Shown here: positions 49,301 through 58,300 of the stretch, one piece after another
Layout of the letters: each line of letters begins with the position of its first letter
Position numbering within the stretch: position 1 is the first letter of the stretch
Assembly (NCBI GenBank): GCA_000708835.1
Contig: DF237384.1
Location: forward strand, 1-64,000
Length of the DNA: 64,000 bases
From: Klebsormidium nitens
Lineage: Eukaryota; Plantae; Klebsormidiophyceae
Direction of reading: 5' to 3'
Notes under the pieces: model-generated
Told to the model about the DNA's origin: nothing
The model's database searches: none
The model's input: only the letters and a program-made list of their open reading frames with translations
Made by a program: the position numbers and the translations under genes

Positions 49301-52300
49301 CCGGGCGGCCTATACCCCCACAGTCGCTCAAGTATTGGCTAACCCGGGGGGGCTCCAAATCGTGGTCACTTACGACGGGACTCAGGTTGGCAACAGTACG
49401 GTTACGCTCCTGGCCGTTCCGGGGAGCCCTTCCGCCGCGCGCAGCGTTGCCATAGACGAGAACGGGGTGCAGCTGACGTCACTCGACGCGATCGTTGGGC
49501 AAACGGTGACGTTTTACATCCAGCCGCGGGATGCCGCGGGTTTGGACATCAAGAGCGTGGGCCCCCGGGACGCGTTCGGTGTGAATGTGCCCAACGCCGG
49601 GATAATCATCCCCACGCCGCTGGCAGACGGGCGCTACCTGGTGTCTTTCACCACTCAGGTCGCGCAGCCGGTAGCGGTAACGCTGACGAACTTCACGGAC
49701 GCGAGCGTTACGCTGCTCAACAGCCCGCTGGCGGTGCGCGTCGCGCCCGGGCCTACCGCGGCCGCGGCTGCGAAGTTGCTCAAACCGGGCGGGGCGGAGG
49801 CGTATTCCGCGCAGACGCCGGTCACAGCAGGGACGGAAATCGTGATCGTTGTGAGGTCTTATGACGCAAGCGGGAATCCGCAGATGTATAACGCGCTGCG
49901 AGGGGGCGACGTATATACGGCCACACTCAAGGGCCCGCTTACAATAACCGCAGCCTCGGTTGATAATCAAGACGGAACGTACGAACTGCGCTGGACGACA
50001 ACAGTGTCCGGAACGTATAACCTGACGGTCTGGTTGCGGGACCCGGTTTCGAGCAACCTGACGGCGACCAGCGCGCGGGACGTGGCCGTTCTGGTCGCTA
50101 ATTCATACTTCGCCATCGGGCAGTGCGCGCTGAAGTCAGGCTCGCTGCCGGCCGCGACGGTCATGGCGGGGGTCGAGCAGTCCTTCGTTGTGGTGGCGAG
50201 GTGAGACCTCGCTTTAATGTTCTTGCTTCGGGCGGCTTTCCTCAACCTTGTAGTACTTTCAGGAGCGAGAGACAACAGTCGTATTGATCGATATGGAGGC
50301 TGGCTCTTTGGTCCATTGCTGAATCACAAAGTTCCCGATCCATTTGCTCTGCAAGAATTTCCGAAGTACAATCAGCTTCTGACGTTGGGCTTGAAAAAGG
50401 TTGACCTTTCTTTGACATGAGAATTTTGAATGGAAAAGCAGCTCTGCACACAGTGCAATATCTACCGACCTTAAAGAGTCGGCGTTGGATGCAACAAGTC
50501 AAACTAGTGTTCTAAAGTTTCGCTCGGATCTGCATTGTGCAGAGACGCTTTCGGAAACCCCTACAACACCGGGGACAAGTCGTTTGCTGTCAACTTTACC
50601 GGCCCGTCTTCCATTCAATACACGGTGACCGGAACGAGCGTGGCGAGCGAGTTCCGCGTCACCTACACAGCGACGCTTGTGGGCGCTTACCAGGCGACGG
50701 TCAGCAGCGCAGATGACGTCACAGCTGTGGTGCCAGGCACTCCAGTCCAGGTGAGGGAGATTCGCGGTTGATAGGGTCTCCTGACTTCATTATTCTGACT
50801 TTCCCTTTCGGTCGGAGGGTTCCATGTGGTTGAGTCACTCGGAGCCTGGAGTTTGCTAAGCGACCCTCACTGATCCACTTCTATCTAGAACTGCTGCGTG
50901 GCTACTCTTGGCCACCGCCATGAGCCTTCTCGGTGACAAATTGAGGTCTGCCTAATCACTTTTTGATCAGATTACCTTTTTCTTACAAATAGCAAAATCA
51001 GCTCCGGTTTTTCCCCCGCTCCAAATTTTCATTATCTACATTGGACGTGTCTTTTCAAACCTTCTTAGAGACTTGAATTCAATCCACCCTCTTTTGCAGA
51101 TCTCCGTGGTCCCCGGGGCCATTTCTGCTCGCTTCAGCTCCGCCGCGGGCACCGGTCTCGCGGCCGGCACCGCGGGCGCGGCCGCGTCCTTCACCGTGAC
51201 CGCGAAGGACGCGGCGGGGAACATCAATAGCACCCTCCCCACTGTTAACTTTTTGCCCGCAAGCGCCGTCCCCAGTGGTTCCGTCCAGCTTCAGCTGACG
51301 TTATGCTCGAGCTTCGGAGTCGGCTGCCAGGCGCTGGTGACGTATACGCCCGCGACCTATGGCACTGTGACGGTCGTCATCACATATGGGCCAACAGGTG
51401 AGTGCGAACTCCAAATGCAAAGACTCATCACGAAGGTCGGTCATGTGTAAACAAAACCTGGAACGAGTTGCTCTTTTGATTTTGAGCTGCGACTTCAACA
51501 CGCATGAGAGGGCAAAGCCTCCGAAGGAATTTTTTGTCCGGCCCAATTTGAAAGCTTTGAGATTTGTGTGGACCACGTTTTATGCCAAAAACGTCTCGTG
51601 CCTGAACCCGTTCCAGCACCTTGTAGAACCAGGCAGAGACAGGTGTACTCATGCTCTGCCCTCTCGTGTTCCGCTTTGCAGCCGTCGGTCCCGCTGGCGG
51701 CTTCGCGGTCGCCGTCGCGCCCGCGGCCGCGCCCCAACTCGTTGCCGCCAAGATGGCCAACAGCCTCGGCGCCATTTTGGTCTCTTTTGACCAAGACACC
51801 AACCTGGGCTCAACGGCAGGCTCCTCCCTAGCCAACTGCCAGACCCTGCTCGATCCGGCGCTCTTGCCCAAGCTTGGTTCCGTCCCTGCCTGCGGATTCC
51901 GTGACCGGAAGACTCTGGTCCTCACGCTCGGCAGCGGCGCCACGGTTTTACCTACCGGGTCCTCTAACCCGGACAGCGTAACTTTGCTACTGAACATCAT
52001 TGGCAACGCCGCCCAGAGCTCGTACAATGCGTCCGGGTCGCTTCCGATCAGCGGCCCGGATTCCGGGCCCGTTCCCGTTTCTGTGCTGGCCGCCCCGACG
52101 TCGGTCGGGGTGTGCGACCCGGTCACTTTGGACGCGTCGGCCTCGAGCGGGAGCGGCGGCCGGGGCCTGCAGTTCAGCTACTTCGTACAGGTGGGCGAAA
52201 CCGGCTTTAACATGGACCATTGTTTGTTGACATGATCTCGCTCTCTGCAATGAACACCTGCGAAGGTTTGAAAGCTGTTCAGCGGTTCCGGCAGCTAATC

Positions 52301-55300
52301 GGTATGGTGACCTAGTTCGTACTTGGTTAGACTGGTTCAACCTGGCCAAGCTTTGTTAAATCTTGACTTAAACCTCTGATGATCTTAACTTAGACCTTGC
52401 GCTGAAAAATTGCAACACGGAGAGGCTTCGCTGCCCCTCACCTGACATCCTCGACTTTATTTCCATTTGTGAAGGGCCCCTCCGACAACGCGACCGCGGC
52501 GCTGGCTGCCAAGCTGGCGGCCTTCACCGCGGCGGGCTCGTTCCCGGCCATCACTCTGTCCGCCACCGACCTCCAGCCCGGCACTGGCTACACCTTCACG
52601 TTCGTGGTTCAGAACTTCATGGGGACCGCCAGTGCCCCCGCCCAAGTCACGACCACCAAGCAGACCAAACCCGTTCCGGTCGTCTCGATCGTCGGCTCCG
52701 GAACGGAAAACCGGCGCACCGCCAGCCGGGGCGACACCATCGAAATTCAGGCCAACGCGGCCGTTCCGTCCAAGCTGGCTTGGGTGAACGGAAACTGCGT
52801 TCCGGCGGATTCCGCCGACCTGCCGATGGTGTTCCAGTGGCAGCAGCTGGCGGGCCCGCTGGTGGACCTGTCTAGTTACCCGCCCAACTACCAGGCGTCG
52901 TTCCAGTCCAAGACGCTGACAGTGCCGGAGAGCGCGCTCGCGCTCGGGAAGGACTACACGTTCCAGGTGCGGCCTGAGAGGCTGACGCTTGCTTGCCCCC
53001 TTTCAACCATCCTCACAGGACGGCAATGGTTTCTGAACTGCCTTGCTTCCGACACCAGTCTGATGATGCTTCGAAGGGCTTTCTTCTGATTTTGGCGTAA
53101 ATTGTAGAGGCCAATTTTCACAGAGAGGTGCTGCCATTGTACTGAACTATTGCAGCTCAAGCCTCGACTCCCCGGCCTGATTGGAACCAAGGTGAAGCCT
53201 GAAGCTTCTCATAACCTTCCCTGGTTCCTGCAGTCGGAGCAGGTTTTTCGTCCGTACTTCGTGTCCGGAGGAATTGCTAATCCCCATTATTAAATCCTTT
53301 GATACTGTGCCCCTCTAGGTATCTTGTGCGATGAAGGACGGCGGCGTGCTTGGCCAGGCTTCCACGGCGCAGGTGGTCCTCAGCCTGGCCCCGTCCCCGC
53401 TCTCCGTCAGCATCGCGGGCGGCAGCCGCCTTCTGGGCACCACCCAGAACCTCACCCTTGCCGCTTCCGCCGCCGATCCGGACGGTTCCGTCGACCAGAA
53501 CGGGACTCCGTTTCCGTTCGCGTACCAGTGGGCCTGCAACGCGAGCCTGCCCGCGCAGGCGGCCGCGGCGCTGTTTCAGAGCGACGCGGGGAACAACTTC
53601 GGGCAGCAGCTGGTCATCCCGGCGGGGGGGCTGCCCGAGGGGGTGTACGGCTTCACCGTCCAGGTAGGGGGATCGGCAGCAGGCTGCGGATAGGATTACT
53701 TCGTGGTGACTTGTTTCACGCACAAGAGGAGAGAATCCTGACTCGTTGGACATTGACCTGTACCCCGTCCTATATGAAAACTCTCAGCAGGTAGGTAGCT
53801 GCACTCATTTACTGCTTGAGGAGTTGTTAAGCGGTGGGACCAGAACCAGTTTGACCGTTGGTCACTGCTTCGAGCGGTGATGGACATCAAGTCTGAGTAG
53901 TTATGAGTACGAGCTGTAGATCGCGAGACAAGCTTCTACCTTGGAGTCCCAGCGGCTCACAAGCAAGCACTGTCTCCTCAATATAGCGGCCTCTTCTACC
54001 CTGTTTCAATACCGCAACCTCAGGAAGTCATGTCTGTATCTCCCGTCGCCAAAGTGTAGGGAAACCTTACGCCTAGGAGCTTTGCCAAACCTGCAGGTTT
54101 CTCGCGAGCCGCTAACGGCTGGCCGGTCTTTGGTGCCTGCGAGCGCCACCATAACGGTCCAGGCCGCGGGAGTGATCAGCCTGGACGTCAAAGTAGTGGG
54201 CAGCGCGAAACTGGACGGCCTGCTGCCATCCACGCAACTCCAGCTGCAGTGCTCTGCCAACGACGACACGAGTGTGAAGAAGAACAGCATCGCGTATTCC
54301 TGGGCCATCAAGTCAGACAGCGACCCCCGGGGCATCGACGATCTGGCCCCGGGGTATGACGACGGCAAGCGGAAGCTGCGTGTCAAGCCCAACAGCTTAC
54401 TGGGCGGGCACGTGTACCAGCTGACGTGCGCGGGCGTCAGCACCGAGGGCGTAGGCGCGGCCGGCTTCGCGACTGTGTCGGTGAAGGTCTTGGGGGTGCC
54501 ATCGGGAGGAAGCGTCAGCCTGCAGCGCTCGCAGGTGGGTGACTTCAGAAGGGTCTCCGGATCCAAGTCTTAATTGCCTTTTGAACGGCTGATTCCTCCA
54601 TTTTAACGTGGCAGAGTGCTGTCGCTCGCCTTTGTATTTGGATTTATTTTAGTCCGGAGCTCACTTTTGTTTTGCTTGATAATCTATAGTACAAATTATG
54701 GAGATGATTCCAACTTGGGAGCACTTAAGGTTTATACAGGTTGAACAGGGCCAACGCGCTGACCTCCTGGTTGTTCTCCCATGCTTGGCTGTTGATGTCC
54801 CTTCTTGTTAGCTGATAGACCGCCAACAGTAAGCAAAACAAGGCAAGGATTAAGGCGCAGGGTCCAGCGCTCCTCTCTTCAGATTAAGAAGAGACTTGAC
54901 TTGCTCTGCAGTACCGATCAAAGTGGGGCAGGCACTCGGAGCACATGAGGCCGCAGATATACCTCTGCGGATGTCCATCCTGTTGGAACCGAGAACAGAT
55001 TCCAGCATACTCGAAACGATCACAGCATCATTCGTCAGCTTAGGCCGCGCTTCGCTTGCGAGTCACATTTGTCCTTTCCTCGCAGGCTGCTGACGTGGCG
55101 GCCAGCACGCAGTACACATTGAAGGCCGTTAATTTTGTGCCCAGCGACGACGCCCTTCCGGGCTACCTGCTGTACCAGTTCCGCTACAGCCTAAATGGCG
55201 GAACGGAACAGATCATCGTGGCCATGTCCACCGAGAACAAGGCCAAGTTTGTGCTACCGGCGGGCCAGATTGTTCTCTTGGCTTACGTCAGCAACCCCGG

Positions 55301-58300
55301 AACGCTGGCGTCAGTGCCTGGCGATCAGCCGCCAGGGTTCCGGTGAGCGAGGAGCCAACCAGGTTCATTGCTCATTATCCAACGGGCAGGGTCGCTTGCT
55401 ATGACCGGCACTTTGCAAAGCAATACTGACAACAATTTTCGTCGAAATATTGACCTTCACTCGCACCCTCGAACGTTTCCAATCTCTCAACGACAATTGT
55501 TTGACCTGCATCCGGTGATCTACTAGCTTATTGGTGCATCTGAATCCCTCTTTTTCTCGCCAAGCCGGTCGCTTTGAAACTTCCTCATTCGTTATTCCGC
55601 GACCTTCAGGTACGCTTTCGAGCCGTTCAATGTCTCGAGCCCCTCGACAACAAGCAAACCCAAGCGGCGGAGCCTGCTCAGCACCGACTCGACATCGAAC
55701 CTCGTCGCCTTGGGACGCGGGCTGCTCTCCTTCGACAGCGTCAACTACACGGCGGCGCAGGAGAGCTACGAGAGCGTTTTTCTGCCGGCGGCTTACCAGA
55801 CCCCGGACTACGCGGCAGTGCTGTCGTGGGCCGCCTCTTGGGGCGCCACTTTCGCGCCCGCGGACGCTCTGACGCTGCCGTGCGGAGAAGGGGACCAGCA
55901 GATGATGCTCAACAAAGCGGACGTCCTCAAGATGATCGGCCACCTGGATCCCCTCAGCCCACCCGCCTTCTCACCGGGTGAGCACCCCGGTCGGCGGACC
56001 TCTGCATCTCGTTCCGGTTTCTCGTTCGAGCAGCGACCCGAGAGTATCGGTGACCAGACGTTTTGCTGCTTCACGCTTCTCTAACTCCGACAAATTGATG
56101 CCGTGGTGCAGCAGGTTCGGTTTTGCATGTTGTCCCAAACTATCTCGGCGCAAGATTCTGCTTTACCATAAGGCAAAGGCGTCTCCATATTGACCAATTG
56201 AGCGGCCCTCGAGATGGGGTAGCCTGTCAAATTAAGTTAACGTGTTTACAACATGACCATCAACTTTCCCCACAAGTCGGGACAGTCACATATTTCCTTC
56301 GCATAAGATAGACATTTAACCATCTTCTGGCCGCTGGTCAAAACCGGTTACGATCTCGCTTTCGTTGTTAGAGACAAGCAGCCCAGAAATGAGCATGCAA
56401 GCAGAAAGAGTCACAAAAGCACGCCGTTTCGATCGTTTACTGGCTGCTCTTCCTCGCCCGGACTTGAAGTCCCTCGCTGACGCCATGTCCTCTTTCCCTG
56501 ACGTCAGGCGTGACGAGCAGCACCGGCGCCACCATTGCCAACCTCCACGCATGCGCGCTGACGTCACTCCTCCAGGTAGCCGACGAGGCCGACCTTTCCC
56601 TGGTCGTCTCCCCGAACCCCAATCCGCTCTCGGCGACCGTCGCCGAAACCGCGCCCGCGGTTCAAACCGCGCTCACCACCTTCCTGAGCAAGCTCCAGCT
56701 AGTCGCGCTCCACGGGCTCGCCACGTCGCCCTGCGCTGGCGCAGGCGCGGCCGCGTGCGACAGCTATGCCTGCTTCCGCGGCGCAGCCGACGTGCTCCTG
56801 CGCGCGCTCGCGCTGCACTGCGGCCGCCCCATGGTGCCGCTGCGCTGGTGGCTTGATGTCGCAGCATATACCCCGCTCGCGCTGGCGCGCGTATACGCCC
56901 AGGACCCCTCGGTGTCAACAACTGGAAACGCTACAACGTTCTCGGCGACCACCTACGCGGGCGCTGCGGTGACGGCGTCGCCCAGTTCCACGCCTAGGGT
57001 GCAAGCAAGCGCCGGGGCGTTTGCGTTTGTTGCGGACGTGTCTGGTGCGGGTGACGTCAGTGCTTACTGTGTGGCGTACGAGGACGGGCTGGACCTCGTC
57101 CCCGGGGCTCCGCCGTCGACGCTGAAGACCGCGGCGCTCTTCTTTGAGCAGGATCTAGGTAAGCACCGCGCAAAATGAGTTCGGCCCTTTTGTTCAACTC
57201 GTCCGAGGCGTTGCAGTTCAGGGAGAAGAGCTTTGGTTCTGAAAGGTTCGGGTATGAGCAGAGCTACAGCCTTCAAACGACTGTTTTTTTGACAAAGAGC
57301 TCAAGAGCATTCACGCAACCTGAATGATCCTTCAAAAGGTTGCAAATTTTGATCCTTACCGAGCACCAACAGAGGGTAAGTCAAATAGAGTGCTTAACTA
57401 AGATATGCTCTTTCCGAGTATTCAAGAACCTCATGCATCTAGGGCGAGGTTTACAAACTGATATACGAGAGCAAATCTTACCGGATGGCTTAGTCCTTTC
57501 CGGTGACGAATCAGGTTTGTCTCGTCGACGCTTGTATATGGATTACTGTAAGAAAGAACTTACCTGAAAGCAAGCAAATGTACTCGCTTCTACTGCGAGC
57601 TGATGCACAAACTCCAAAACTCGGTCCCATGTTTCAAAGCAGATTGAAGGGTCAAATTCAGACAAGATCTTGAGTGAGGCACGTGTAAGAAGATATCACA
57701 AACGACCTCAGCCTCACCGAAAGTTGCAGTGGATGTCGAACCCTCATCAATGCTCATTGACCCTGGCTCTTTCCGTCGCAGCTCCGTACGAGCCCTCGTC
57801 CGGGAGCCTCATCTTCACCGGCCTCAGCGCCCCGCCCCCCCGGCTCATCTACGCCGTTGACGTGTACCAAGCCAACGGCTGCGATATCTGGACGATGCCG
57901 CCTCTGGTTACGACCAGCTACACCACGTGCGTGTGGACGCCTGTCTCCACCAACCTGTCCGCACCGTACGACGCGGCTGCGTCCACCGCGACCGCGGCCG
58001 CCACCGTCTGGAACGCGGTCTACGTCCTACACACCATTCCGGCTCCGCTCCCCGTGACTTCCGTTTCCGTCACAGTTTTCAATCCCAGCTGGGACCAGCA
58101 GCCCACAATCGCTGCCACCACAGGGAGTCTGAGCGTATCGGCGACCACGGCGGGAACAAATGCTGGCGGCGGGTCGCCCCACGACCCTATCACGCTCATG
58201 GCGGTTTCTTACGCGGGCGGCGCTCAGCCCGTTCCGCCGTCCAGCCTTCCGGTGTCCGGCTCCGCCCCGATGGCCGCCGCGGCGGCTTTCTTCACCCAGG

